A stretch of DNA of 64,000 nucleotides from Cyanobacteria bacterium auto_48_18 (GTDB taxonomy: Bacteria; Cyanobacteriota; Vampirovibrionia; Obscuribacterales; Obscuribacteraceae), in NCBI GenBank assembly GCA_036170915.1, contig JAVHQC010000029.1, positions 96,001 to 160,000 of the forward strand. The letters run 5' to 3'. Shown in pieces: positions 10,507 through 19,771 of this stretch. Numbering within the stretch: position 1 is the stretch's first letter; every line of letters begins with the position of its first letter. The notes under the pieces were generated by a model. It was not told the origin of the DNA and searched no databases. It was given only the letters and a program-made list of their open reading frames with translations. Both the position numbers and the translations under genes were made by a program.

Positions 10507-10680
10507 TTGTCAGAGGTCAGAGTAGCCGAGGGCGAGAGCATTGAAGGCGCATTGAAGCGCTTCAAGAAGAAGATCCAGAAAGCTGGAATCTTGTCGGAAA
10601 TCAAACGCCGCGAGCGTTATGAGAAGCCCAGCGTGAAAAGAAAGCGCAAAGCTGAAGCAGCTAGAAAGCGCCGCTCCTAG
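10507..10680 (+). CDS. rpsU: 30S ribosomal protein S21
   Basis: Hand translation from TTG 10507 gives [57 protein letters not shown] (57 aa). GGGGTG RBS upstream. Absent from the ORF track. Confidence 0.96.
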   Translation: MSEVRVAEGESIEGALKRFKKKIQKAGILSEIKRRERYEKPSVKRKRKAEAARKRRS

Positions 10681-10703
10681 TAATTCACCGTTCAAAAAGC
10701 CAT

Positions 10704-10736
10704 AAAGCCCCGCCTTCATTAGAATGCGGGGCTTTT
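10704..10736 (+). terminator. intrinsic terminator after rpsU
   Basis: AAAGCCCCGC ... GCGGGGCTTTT stem with T tract. Confidence 0.8.
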
Positions 10737-10772
10737 GCCTGTTTTATATCGTGGCTCGATTTGTTGTGAATT

Positions 10773-10801
10773 GATCATCAACCGTTAACGGTTGAGTGAT
10801 C
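10773..10801. promoter_or_regulatory. perfect 18-bp palindrome, candidate operator
   Basis: TCAACCGTTAACGGTTGA at 10778-10795, extendable by GATCA/TGATC with a 1-nt bulge. Confidence 0.4.
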
Positions 10802-11026
10802 TTTCAAGTGCTCAAGCCGCAATTCGAAAAAAACAGCTATTGCCAAAAACCGTTACCCTGTAAAGGTTTTCAGCATTTCCCCGCCGCTCAGCAATCGATT
10901 TAACCGCTTGACTTCCCACCTCTGCCGATGAAGTTAAATCAGCCCGGGCATAAAAATTGAAGCAAGGTAATTAGTTACCGGCAAAACAAATGGCAGAGCA
11001 AACTTAAACAGTTGGGAGAGTTGGAC

Positions 11027-11281
11027 ATGGGAAGCAGCAAAGATGACAAGCCTAAAGAGCTCGTTTCAGTAAGCACTGACGCTCTCAAAGACCAGCTTAA
11101 TCGAGCCTATCAGGGCAGGCGCGGTCAGAGTAAACTCAATGCTGACGGGCTCAATCCAGGCCTTTTTGATTACCTCTGGGATCTCAAAGAAAAGGCCTTA
11201 ATGGAACGCCGCTCCTCCGTAGAGGTACCTGGCAATTGGCTGGAAGAACTGCAAGACGACGCTCCTCGCCGTTCCTCCTAG
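11027..11281 (+). CDS. small hypothetical protein
   Basis: GGGAG RBS before ATG 11027. 84-aa hydrophilic ORF. Confidence 0.55.
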   Translation: MGSSKDDKPKELVSVSTDALKDQLNRAYQGRRGQSKLNADGLNPGLFDYLWDLKEKALMERRSSVEVPGNWLEELQDDAPRRSS

Positions 11282-11898
11282 TATTTTTAAGTCTATTAGG
11301 TAGCGCTCAGGCGAACGCCCAAATTCTGCATCAGGCTGTGCCTGGATCTGCGCGAGAAATGAAGCAGCGACTGCTCGTTCGCGACCTGGTTTTGCTTCAA
11401 GGCATTGTCGCTCGAGCCAATCAAAAGCTCGCCGGTCACGTTGTTGTAATAGCCGACCGCCTGTCTCAAATACTTACTTACGAACAGTCCTTGAGCGGAA
11501 GCGACCTCAACCAAGATGAGCTTCTGTGCAGGCGGCTTGAGGCCTCAGCAGGGCCAAATCCGTTTGACCAGGAAGAGCAGCTCAAAGCCGAAATCAACCG
11601 CGTGCGCTCGGTTTTACAGGCTGATAGCGCTTCAAAGCGAGCAGGTCCGCTCACCGCCGGCGAAAAACCGACGCCTACTCCTGGGCGCATCTTCTTTCGC
11701 CGCTCGACCTTTATTAATCCGTCAGAACCTTGGCGTACCATCGATACACTGCCGCCGGAAGACCAGGCGCGCTGGCCAGGCACAATCAATATATTGATTG
11801 ACAGCTCCGGCGCTTATGTAGTATTTGCAACAAGCCTGGAAATGAGCACACTGAGAAGCAAGGACCAAATTGTCTTCAAACGCGGTCAGCTCAAATAA
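11236..11898 (+). CDS. hypothetical exported protein
   Basis: Signal-peptide-like N-terminus (RR...FLLVFLSLLGSAQANA). Start position uncertain. Confidence 0.55.
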   Translation: MAGRTARRRSSPFLLVFLSLLGSAQANAQILHQAVPGSAREMKQRLLVRDLVLLQGIVARANQKLAGHVVVIADRLSQILTYEQSLSGSDLNQDELLCRRLEASAGPNPFDQEEQLKAEINRVRSVLQADSASKRAGPLTAGEKPTPTPGRIFFRRSTFINPSEPWRTIDTLPPEDQARWPGTINILIDSSGAYVVFATSLEMSTLRSKDQIVFKRGQLK

Positions 11899-12036
11899 AA
11901 ACGTCGCAGTTAAAAACTCAACCTGAATTAAGTTCGGTGCAGCACCCAGGGAGAAACTAGGTTTATCCCCAGGTGATAAAGTGGCGCTATTCGCTAGCCT
12001 TATAACAGCAAAACAAATTTCTGCTGGAGAAAGAAT

Positions 12037-14706
12037 ATGCAATCAAATCATCTCACAAGGCTACTTGTGGGCGGGACGACTCTTGCCCTTCTGAATGCCG
12101 CACTATCCATATCAGTATTGGCGTCACCAGCTTCAGCCAGGCAACTCGTAGCTGTCAGCGGTAAAAAAGCTGAGCGCACCAGTGAGCAAACACAAAAACA
12201 AAAGCAAAAAGAAAATGCAGGTACGCTTCTGGCCATGAGCAGTAGCGGCAAACCGCTGGGCCATTGCCCCCTTAAGCATACTGATGTGCAGACTGAAATC
12301 TCTGGCTACATCGCTCGAGTAACAGTAAAGCAAGTATTTCAAAACCCTTTTAAAGACAAAATCGAAGCCAATTACACTTTCCCGCTTTCAGACAACGGCG
12401 CCGTTGATGAAATGCTAATGAAGGTAGGAAGCCGAGTCATCAAAGGCCAAATCAAAAAGCGTGAAGAAGCCAGACAAATATATGAACAAGCTAAAGCTAA
12501 CGGCTATGTGGCTTCACTACTCGATCAGGAACGCACAAATATTTTCACCCAATCAGTAGCAAATATTGAACCGGGTAAAGAAATTGAAATCACAATCAAA
12601 TATATAGAAACCTTGCCCTATGAAGCAGGCAAATTCTCATTCACATTCCCGACAGTGGTAGGGCAACGCTTTATACCCGGAGAGCCTGTAGGCAAGAGCG
12701 GCAACGGCTCAGCCAACGATACCAACCAGGTGCCTGACGCATCCCTGATTACACCAAATGTAGTGGCAGAAGGTCAGCGTGCCGGCCATGACATTTCGAT
12801 AAACGTGCATCTTGATGCCGGCATGCCGGTGTCGCAAATCTCATCTAAGCTGCACGAAGTTCAAGTGCATGATCGAGGTAGCGGCAAAGCAGATATCAGC
12901 CTGGCAGACCGCTCGACTATTCCCAATAAAGACTTTGTGCTCTCATGGAATGTGGCCGAAGATAAAATCAAAAGCGGCTATGTAGCTTATCGCGACCCCT
13001 CAGCAAAAGACGGAGCGGGATATTTTACGGTGATGTTGATTCCACCCAAAAGAGTAACACCCGACAAAATCGCGCCAAAAGAAATGATCTTCGTCATTGA
13101 TTGTTCTGGCTCACAAAGCGGCGCTCCATTAGACAAATGCAAACAAACCATGCGTTACATTCTCAATCATATGAATGCCAACGACACATTCCAGATCATT
13201 GCTTTCAACAGCACTCAGCAAACATTTGCCGCCAAACCACAACCGGTCAGCGAAGAAATGAAAAGCAAGGCCCGTCAGTTCATCGATGCACTTCAAGCTA
13301 ATGGTGGCACCTGGATGGCCCCAGCAGTGGAAAAAGCCTGCGCTATTCCAGCTGATGCTAACCGCCTTCGCATCGTCACTTTCATGACCGACGGCTATGT
13401 GGGCAACGACTACGAAGTGATGGGTATGGTGAAAAAGCTGCGCGGAAAATCACGCTGGTTTTCATTTGGCACCGGCAATAGTGTCAATCACACCTTAATT
13501 GATGGTATCGCCCACGAAGGCGGCGGAGAGGCCGAGTATGTATTCTTAAACAGCTCAGCTGATGAAGCCGGCAAGAAATTCTATGACCGTATCTCTAGCC
13601 CTGTGCTCACCGATGTGCAGTTACAGGTAAACGGCACCACCACTAAAGAAGTCTATCCCAAAGAAGTTGCTGACGTCTGGGCCGAAAAACCACTCTACTT
13701 CAAAGGAAAATATTTAAAAGGCGGGCCTGGCACAATTGTCTTAAAAGGATTTGCAGCAGGCAAACCTTACGAACAACAATTGAAAGTGCAATTTCCTGAA
13801 TCTGACACCAAAAATCGCGGTATTGCCTCCATGTGGGCGAGAGCGAAAGTGGACAGACTGATGTCTGAAGACTGGTTTGGAGCACAGTCAGGACAAGCCA
13901 ACAAAGAAATCAAAGACGAAATTACGAACGTCGCCCTCGAACATCACATCATGAGCCAATACACCTCTTTTGTCGCTGTGGACGAATCGGCAGTAACCAA
14001 AGGGCAATCAAGTAAAACAGTCAATGTAGAAGTGGAAATGCCCGATGGTGTCAGTCGAGAAGGAGTGTTCGGCAATAATAAAGGTTTCGCCACTGGCATG
14101 ATGCAATCGCGAATGAACAATTTCAATTTGGCAGTGCGCCGCAGTGCCCCTCAAGGGTCATTCGCCTCAGTGAACACCCGTGGCTTCGGTGGTGGTGCTG
14201 GCAGTGGTGGTAGTGTCGCTGGTGGATCACCAGTAGCGATGAGGCAAAAACTCAGTTACGCAAGTAGCCAGCCCATGCCTGCACCTGCACCAAATGCGAT
14301 GCCAGTGCCCCAGTCAGAAGCCAAAGCAGCTTCAAGTGCGCATGGCCGAGAAGAACTGGCTGACAGACAGCGCCCTGACCGCATTTCTGCTGATAAAAAA
14401 CTAGAGGAAAAAGCCGACAGAGAAAGCGACAAAGCGAAAGAAAAAGATGTGAGCAAACTATCAGCCTCACTTACCGCTAAAGTCAACCAAGAGAGCGCCA
14501 ATCACAAAAATCCGCGCCTACTGATAGAACTGACTTTGAAAAACATCAGCGCCGAAATCGAAAAAGCCTTAAAAGCACTTGGCGTAGAAATCATTTCAAA
14601 AAAAGACGGCAAAACGGTCAAGGCCTATGTCAAACTCGACAAACTGCAGGCCTTAGCCAAACTAGATTTCGTTTTGCAAATCGACCTTGCTTCGGACCGC
14701 AAGTAG
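12037..14706 (+). CDS. VIT (vault inter-alpha-trypsin) plus vWA domain protein, secreted
   Basis: Signal peptide. VIT motifs (ARVTVKQVFQNP, IEANYTFPL, NIFTQSVANIEPG). MIDAS DCSGS...GGT...TDG. Low-complexity C-terminus. Confidence 0.88.
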   Translation: MQSNHLTRLLVGGTTLALLNAALSISVLASPASARQLVAVSGKKAERTSEQTQKQKQKENAGTLLAMSSSGKPLGHCPLKHTDVQTEISGYIARVTVKQVFQNPFKDKIEANYTFPLSDNGAVDEMLMKVGSRVIKGQIKKREEARQIYEQAKANGYVASLLDQERTNIFTQSVANIEPGKEIEITIKYIETLPYEAGKFSFTFPTVVGQRFIPGEPVGKSGNGSANDTNQVPDASLITPNVVAEGQRAGHDISINVHLDAGMPVSQISSKLHEVQVHDRGSGKADISLADRSTIPNKDFVLSWNVAEDKIKSGYVAYRDPSAKDGAGYFTVMLIPPKRVTPDKIAPKEMIFVIDCSGSQSGAPLDKCKQTMRYILNHMNANDTFQIIAFNSTQQTFAAKPQPVSEEMKSKARQFIDALQANGGTWMAPAVEKACAIPADANRLRIVTFMTDGYVGNDYEVMGMVKKLRGKSRWFSFGTGNSVNHTLIDGIAHEGGGEAEYVFLNSSADEAGKKFYDRISSPVLTDVQLQVNGTTTKEVYPKEVADVWAEKPLYFKGKYLKGGPGTIVLKGFAAGKPYEQQLKVQFPESDTKNRGIASMWARAKVDRLMSEDWFGAQSGQANKEIKDEITNVALEHHIMSQYTSFVAVDESAVTKGQSSKTVNVEVEMPDGVSREGVFGNNKGFATGMMQSRMNNFNLAVRRSAPQGSFASVNTRGFGGGAGSGGSVAGGSPVAMRQKLSYASSQPMPAPAPNAMPVPQSEAKAASSAHGREELADRQRPDRISADKKLEEKADRESDKAKEKDVSKLSASLTAKVNQESANHKNPRLLIELTLKNISAEIEKALKALGVEIISKKDGKTVKAYVKLDKLQALAKLDFVLQIDLASDRK

Positions 14707-14725
14707 ATTTGTATACGGAAAAACG

Positions 14726-14760
14726 AGAAGGTCGCCTGCGAGGGCGGCCTTTTCTTTTTC
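14726..14760 (+). terminator. intrinsic terminator
   Basis: AGAAGGTCGCC-TGCGAG-GGCGGCCTTTTCTTTTT. Confidence 0.8.
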
Positions 14761-14840
14761 TTCACCTGACGGCAGAAATATCAGGTGATTAGGCTATGCT
14801 TGGGGGGCCAAGAAAGTGTGCACCAGGAATCTTCATTTGC

Positions 14841-16109
14841 ATGAGCGACGATCAATCACCTTACGCCGTACTTCAGATACCAGATTACAGGCTTTTGCTG
14901 ATCAGCCGGCTGATGGTAACAGTGGCGGTGCAGGTGCAAGGCATCGCCGTGGGTTGGCAAATTTATGCAATAACCAATAACGCACTATTTCTTGGCCTGG
15001 CGGGCCTGGCCGAAGCTCTACCGGCAATTGGCGTGGCACTTTATGCCGGGCACATCGCCGATATCGTCGACCGTCGCAAAATAGTACTTTTCTCAGTAGC
15101 TACTTTAGTTGCCAGCATGGCTATCATCACCGCTTGCTCGTTCAGCAGTGCGAACAATTCCACTTTGCTCACCTGTCTATTTGTTGTCATCGCCCTCTCT
15201 GGTGTTGCTCGTGGATTCTATGGCCCGGCCATCTTCGGCATCGTTTCAGACATCGTGCCCCGGCCGCTGCTCGGTAATGCAGCGGCATGGAACAGCACAG
15301 CCTGGCAAGCCTCAGCTGTGGCCGGCCCCATTCTCGGTGGCATACTTTACTCGCATGTGCATGCAGCCAACACTTATTTATTTTCCACATTATTACTGGT
15401 GGCTGCATTTATCAGTTTTTGCCAGGTCAAGTCGCGCACTGTGCTGATTAAAAGTAAATACGAAAGCGTCTTTGACAATATAAAAGAAGGTCTTGTCTTT
15501 GTCTTCTCTAACCAGATTGTTTTAGGAGCAATGGCTTTAGACCTTTTCGCCGTGCTCTTTGGCGGTGCCGTGGCATTGTTGCCAATTTTTGCTAAAGAAG
15601 TTTTTCACTGCGGGCCGGAAGTTTTGGGCGTGTTGCGAGCGGCCCCATCAATCGGTTCGGTGATTACGGCCGTGATACTCACACACAAACCAATTACTCA
15701 CAATTCAGGCAAAATCTTTATGGCGTCTGCCGCAGGATTCGGACTGTGTATGATTGCCTTTGGCCTTTCCACCAATCTTTATCTTTCGGTAGCGCTCCTG
15801 GCCGTAAGCGGCGCCCTTGACGGCATAAGCGTTTGGGTGAGAAGCACAATTTTCCAACTAGTCACTCCCAATGAAATGAAAGGACGAGTCTCGGCGGTGA
15901 ACAATATGTTCATCGGCTCTTCCAACGAAATTGGTGAATTCGAATCTGGAGTAACGGCTAAGTATATGGGCCTTGTACCCTCTGTTGTTTTCGGCGGAAT
16001 TATGACACTGCTGGTAGTGGCCGTCACCAGCGTGCGCGCTCCTAAATTGCGCCGGCTGCATGTGCATGACCTGTACAAAGAACAGAGCGTTAGAATGGCT
16101 CCGCATTAA
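14841..16109 (+). CDS. MFS transporter (EntS/DHA3-like)
   Basis: About 12 TM helices, GHIADIVDRRK motif A, LDLFAVLFGGAVALLP, GRVSAVN..FIGSSNEIGEFESG. Confidence 0.88.
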   Translation: MSDDQSPYAVLQIPDYRLLLISRLMVTVAVQVQGIAVGWQIYAITNNALFLGLAGLAEALPAIGVALYAGHIADIVDRRKIVLFSVATLVASMAIITACSFSSANNSTLLTCLFVVIALSGVARGFYGPAIFGIVSDIVPRPLLGNAAAWNSTAWQASAVAGPILGGILYSHVHAANTYLFSTLLLVAAFISFCQVKSRTVLIKSKYESVFDNIKEGLVFVFSNQIVLGAMALDLFAVLFGGAVALLPIFAKEVFHCGPEVLGVLRAAPSIGSVITAVILTHKPITHNSGKIFMASAAGFGLCMIAFGLSTNLYLSVALLAVSGALDGISVWVRSTIFQLVTPNEMKGRVSAVNNMFIGSSNEIGEFESGVTAKYMGLVPSVVFGGIMTLLVVAVTSVRAPKLRRLHVHDLYKEQSVRMAPH

Positions 16110-17424
16110 GTTTTTTGATTTCGCTGGCGCGCATGAAGTAGTAAACAAGGGCGGCACAAATCCATGCTTCCACTGAACAAATGCCTACACACCATGACTC
16201 TAAACCTGGTATCACTCCAGAGGTGGCAATGCCGACAAAAATGCCTAAATGGGCGGCAATTATGGCTGGCCATCTGACCACTGCCAACTTGTCCATGGGC
16301 ACCACTTGGGTGCTATCACCGGCCAATTTGAATTGTCTTTTTATGACAAACTCTTCAATAATCATGATTACAGTCATGGTGGGAATAATGACGCAATTGA
16401 GCGATGCAATAGACTGCAGCGACTGACTGGACCCAGCCTGGGCCAGCCAGGCGGCAAAGGCAGACGAGATTCCGGCCAGGCAAACCACAGCCAACTTGTG
16501 AGGAATTTTCTTCAAATTTTCAATGGCATTGATCATGCCATACATGTTCGAATCATTTGCCGCACAATAGCTGGCAATCAAAACCAGGGCAGCGAAAATT
16601 GCCACTCCACCAAAAGAGTAGACATTCATAAAATTGGTAGCCTCAATATAATCGCTGATGCCGGACAACCTTGCAACCATCCAACCAGTGGTGGGAAAAA
16701 CAACTTCGCCCACCAGCAAAGCAATAAATAGTGAGGCCGTCAGGTGCTTCTTGTTGGGTTTGCTGTAACGCCAGTAATCAGCCTCATTACCCCAGACAGC
16801 AAAACCAATGACGAAACTAGAACAAATGGTCAGGGCAGAGGTGAATGAGATTGATGAAGGAGCAGACCAGACTTGTGGCGAAACTGACGGCACCACTTTA
16901 AAAAAAGTGTAGCCTACCCATAGCACCAAAAGCGGTGCAGCAAAATACCGGGCAAAGTTGGCCACGCCCTTGAAACCGAAAAAATTATTGACGGCCATAG
17001 CCATAGATAACAAAGCCGAGAACATGGGTACAGGCAGCATCACGTGAAAGAGACCTTTCAATGCGTCAGCCAATAACACCGCATCGAGCGCGTACCAGGC
17101 CGACATTAACCAGATGGCGTGAAATGACACCAGCCATGTGCCGTAACGGCCGAAGACCTGACGCGTCAAGAGTGTATAGGTAAGGCCGCTGCGCACTCCT
17201 AACCAGGCTGCCGGCACCGAATAAATTAGTAAGAGCAAACAACTAAGCAGCGAACATATCACCACTTGAAATAATGTTAGACCTTGTTTGTACCACTGAA
17301 AACCAATAAGAACTGTGGGAAAACCGGTGACCATGGATATCCACAAAAGCGTCATAGTGAGCGGCCCTCGCCTCTCACCAAGCGGCACCGACTGATGGGT
17401 ATAGCCGCTGCTTACATCGCTCAA
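16090..17424 (-). CDS. NCS1-family purine/cytosine permease
   Basis: VP..ERR N-terminus, G.RSGL...LTRQVFGRYG, ADYWRY, ANDSNMY, about 12 TM helices. Confidence 0.75.
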   Translation of the reverse strand: MSDVSSGYTHQSVPLGERRGPLTMTLLWISMVTGFPTVLIGFQWYKQGLTLFQVVICSLLSCLLLLIYSVPAAWLGVRSGLTYTLLTRQVFGRYGTWLVSFHAIWLMSAWYALDAVLLADALKGLFHVMLPVPMFSALLSMAMAVNNFFGFKGVANFARYFAAPLLVLWVGYTFFKVVPSVSPQVWSAPSSISFTSALTICSSFVIGFAVWGNEADYWRYSKPNKKHLTASLFIALLVGEVVFPTTGWMVARLSGISDYIEATNFMNVYSFGGVAIFAALVLIASYCAANDSNMYGMINAIENLKKIPHKLAVVCLAGISSAFAAWLAQAGSSQSLQSIASLNCVIIPTMTVIMIIEEFVIKRQFKLAGDSTQVVPMDKLAVVRWPAIIAAHLGIFVGIATSGVIPGLESWCVGICSVEAWICAALVYYFMRASEIKKLNAEPF

Positions 17425-17425
17425 C

Positions 17426-18145
17426 TTATTTCCTCAACATCAAAGACTGCAAAAGCATTTTTGCTTCAGGCCATTCGTGTTCCAGCATTCGATACCAGGC
17501 AGTGTCGCGATTGCGGCCCTTAACGATAAAATGACTTTCTTGTATACCTTCAAATTTAAATCCCATGCGTAAGGCCGCTTTTCTTGAGCGTTCATTTAAA
17601 GCATCACACTTCCACTCGATTCTTCTGTAGCCAAGCGAAAATGCATGGTCAAGCAAAAGATAAGTGGCTTCAAGATTGGCATTGGTGCCTTGCACAACTG
17701 GGCTGTACCAGATGTTTCCCAGTTCAATTTTCAAATGAGCAGGAAAATTATTCATATAGTTAACCACGCCTACTTGCCGGTTTGACGCTTTATCAAAGAC
17801 ACAAAAACATAAACCATTGTCGGCTTGAACCTGAGCAAATAAAAAAGCAGCTAGTTTGCAGCTGGTGGGGAAAGGCCCGGCCGACATGTATTTCCAGATT
17901 AACTGATCAGGGTCATAAGCCGGTACAGCTTTGCCGTCGCCCGTGGCAACAATAGGATCACCGTTAGAAAGGGAAAACAAAGTGGCGTTATCTCGCTGCA
18001 AATCAATGGGCTCGAGCCTGACAATTTCTCCGTCTAGAGTGATTGCAGTTGGTTTAGTAGGTAAATCGACTATGCGCGCCAGAGTTTCAGTGGCCAGTTG
18101 ATCGCCAATCTTTGTCTCATTTTCTGGGTTAGTTTCAAACAGCAT
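17426..18145 (-). CDS. GNAT family N-acetyltransferase (RimJ/RimL-like)
   Basis: IELGNIWY, GYRRIEWKCDALNERSRKAALRMGFKFEGI, KGRNRDTAWY. Confidence 0.88.
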   Translation of the reverse strand: MLFETNPENETKIGDQLATETLARIVDLPTKPTAITLDGEIVRLEPIDLQRDNATLFSLSNGDPIVATGDGKAVPAYDPDQLIWKYMSAGPFPTSCKLAAFLFAQVQADNGLCFCVFDKASNRQVGVVNYMNNFPAHLKIELGNIWYSPVVQGTNANLEATYLLLDHAFSLGYRRIEWKCDALNERSRKAALRMGFKFEGIQESHFIVKGRNRDTAWYRMLEHEWPEAKMLLQSLMLRK

Positions 18146-18347
18146 TTTTCATATTCGCTCTGTGACGCTTGAAACTATAGCAATTAAGCGGTGCAGCGAA
18201 GTCACGAGTACGCCACAATTTGAAATTAGATTCAATAGGCGAAGCAAGAAATCTACCATTGGTGCAAAATTCTGCCACGGTAATGATAGATACATGTGAC
18301 TATATTGGACGGTCGGACATTTACCACTAACTTTACGGCAGGTCACC

Positions 18348-19001
18348 ATGAGAAGTAATCACTTCAATCAGGGTTTCTTTTTCACGTGTTTACTTTTCTG
18401 CGCAGTTTTGCTGCAGCTTCTCTCGCCACCCTCTGCCCAGGGGCAACAACGCCGACTGCCGCCCTGCCGCTTAGATAGTTTCGTCCATCAGGCCGGCAGC
18501 GCCGCCGAAGCGATATATGGCGACGAAGGCATTAGAACCCCTCCACCATTTTTCGGATTTGGCCAGCAGAATCGCATTGCCAGTGGTTTCTTCGGCACTA
18601 GAGACCAGGGCCTGACCACCGGCCACGGCAGCCACATGCCCAGCGCCTGGGGAGCAGACGAGTTTGTCAGCCCGCCGGGGGAATGGTGTGATAGTGGCCC
18701 CAACAATGGCCGCAATGTTTACTCAGGCGCAACCGACAACACTTATGATGTCAGCGAACAATTACTCAGCCTCGAGACTGGTATTGAAGCGATGCGAAAA
18801 AGAATCGCTGCATTTAACGACAATATTTCTACCCTGCATTCCATACTTGCTAGCTTGAGCCCCGCAGACAAAGCCGGTCAACAAGCAATCGCCAACGAAG
18901 TAAACAGACTCGTGACCGAACGCAATCAGATGCTACTAAACCTACACACTGCTCAGCAAGAAGCAGCCAACAATTTTGGAAAAAGGACTGGCGGTTCGTA
19001 A
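18348..19001 (+). CDS. hypothetical exported protein with C-terminal coiled coil
   Basis: Signal peptide, Gly/Pro-rich core (LDSFV, IYGDEG, GLTTGHGS, SAWG), heptad-like C-terminus. Confidence 0.65.
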   Translation: MRSNHFNQGFFFTCLLFCAVLLQLLSPPSAQGQQRRLPPCRLDSFVHQAGSAAEAIYGDEGIRTPPPFFGFGQQNRIASGFFGTRDQGLTTGHGSHMPSAWGADEFVSPPGEWCDSGPNNGRNVYSGATDNTYDVSEQLLSLETGIEAMRKRIAAFNDNISTLHSILASLSPADKAGQQAIANEVNRLVTERNQMLLNLHTAQQEAANNFGKRTGGS

Positions 19002-19771
19002 CATGCTCGCATTCGATATGCCAATTTGCGAAACCGAAGTGAGACGTCAAAAACTGATGTCATAAATTCGAATTTTGTAGGCTGAAAATTTTCACACGTC
19101 TTCAATTCCGTCTACACACTTTCTGTAATTGCTACTGTGTCTTGCTGGTATGAGTTCCGGTGCTACTGTTACCAGCTGCGGTTTCTATCCTCAATTCGCC
19201 AGCCCATGAAATAGTCATGTCGATAGCTAAAGCGCGAATGTGATTTGAATCAAGTGCCGGTCGACTGACTATTTGATAAAGTTGTCGGTGTTGGAGCGAA
19301 ATGGCTCGACCATATCTTTGTTAGAAATACTGGTCGGAAAATTTTTACCCAATTTGGTCCGTTTAGAATTGCCATTGCTTAGTCTCTAATTCCTATCTGA
19401 CTTCTATTTCGAGCATAGCAAACTCACATATTTGATAGAACCAAAAGTGGTGCGCGTAGTATTTCGATTTTACGATCAAGTCCGGAAAACGATGAGCCGA
19501 CAGTTATACAGACAGTAGAATTAAGAGATTTCTAATGTCCGTTGCTGAGCCGTTACGAAGCGTTCCAGCGAGGGCAAAATTTTAGATATGGCCCCTTGCT
19601 GCTGTCACTTGCGAATTATTTTCAAGTCTCTAGTAAAACGCCTCAGGTAACCCGGTAGATCATTCGCAGGTATTCGAGGTCACACAGGCGCGGGCCCAAA
19701 AACTTATTGACTAACTTTTAGCTATTCGGTACTACGGTCTTTCTGAGTCGCAGTGCTGATTGAGGAGCACA

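Noticed and set aside
10510..10719. 69-aa minus-strand ORF in the track
   Set aside because: It is the antisense shadow of rpsU.
11940..12030. Hairpin-rich leader of the VIT-vWA gene as a c-di-GMP riboswitch
   Set aside because: It lacks the GEMM consensus (GGCAAAC..GAAA..GACGCAAA) and the class II signature.
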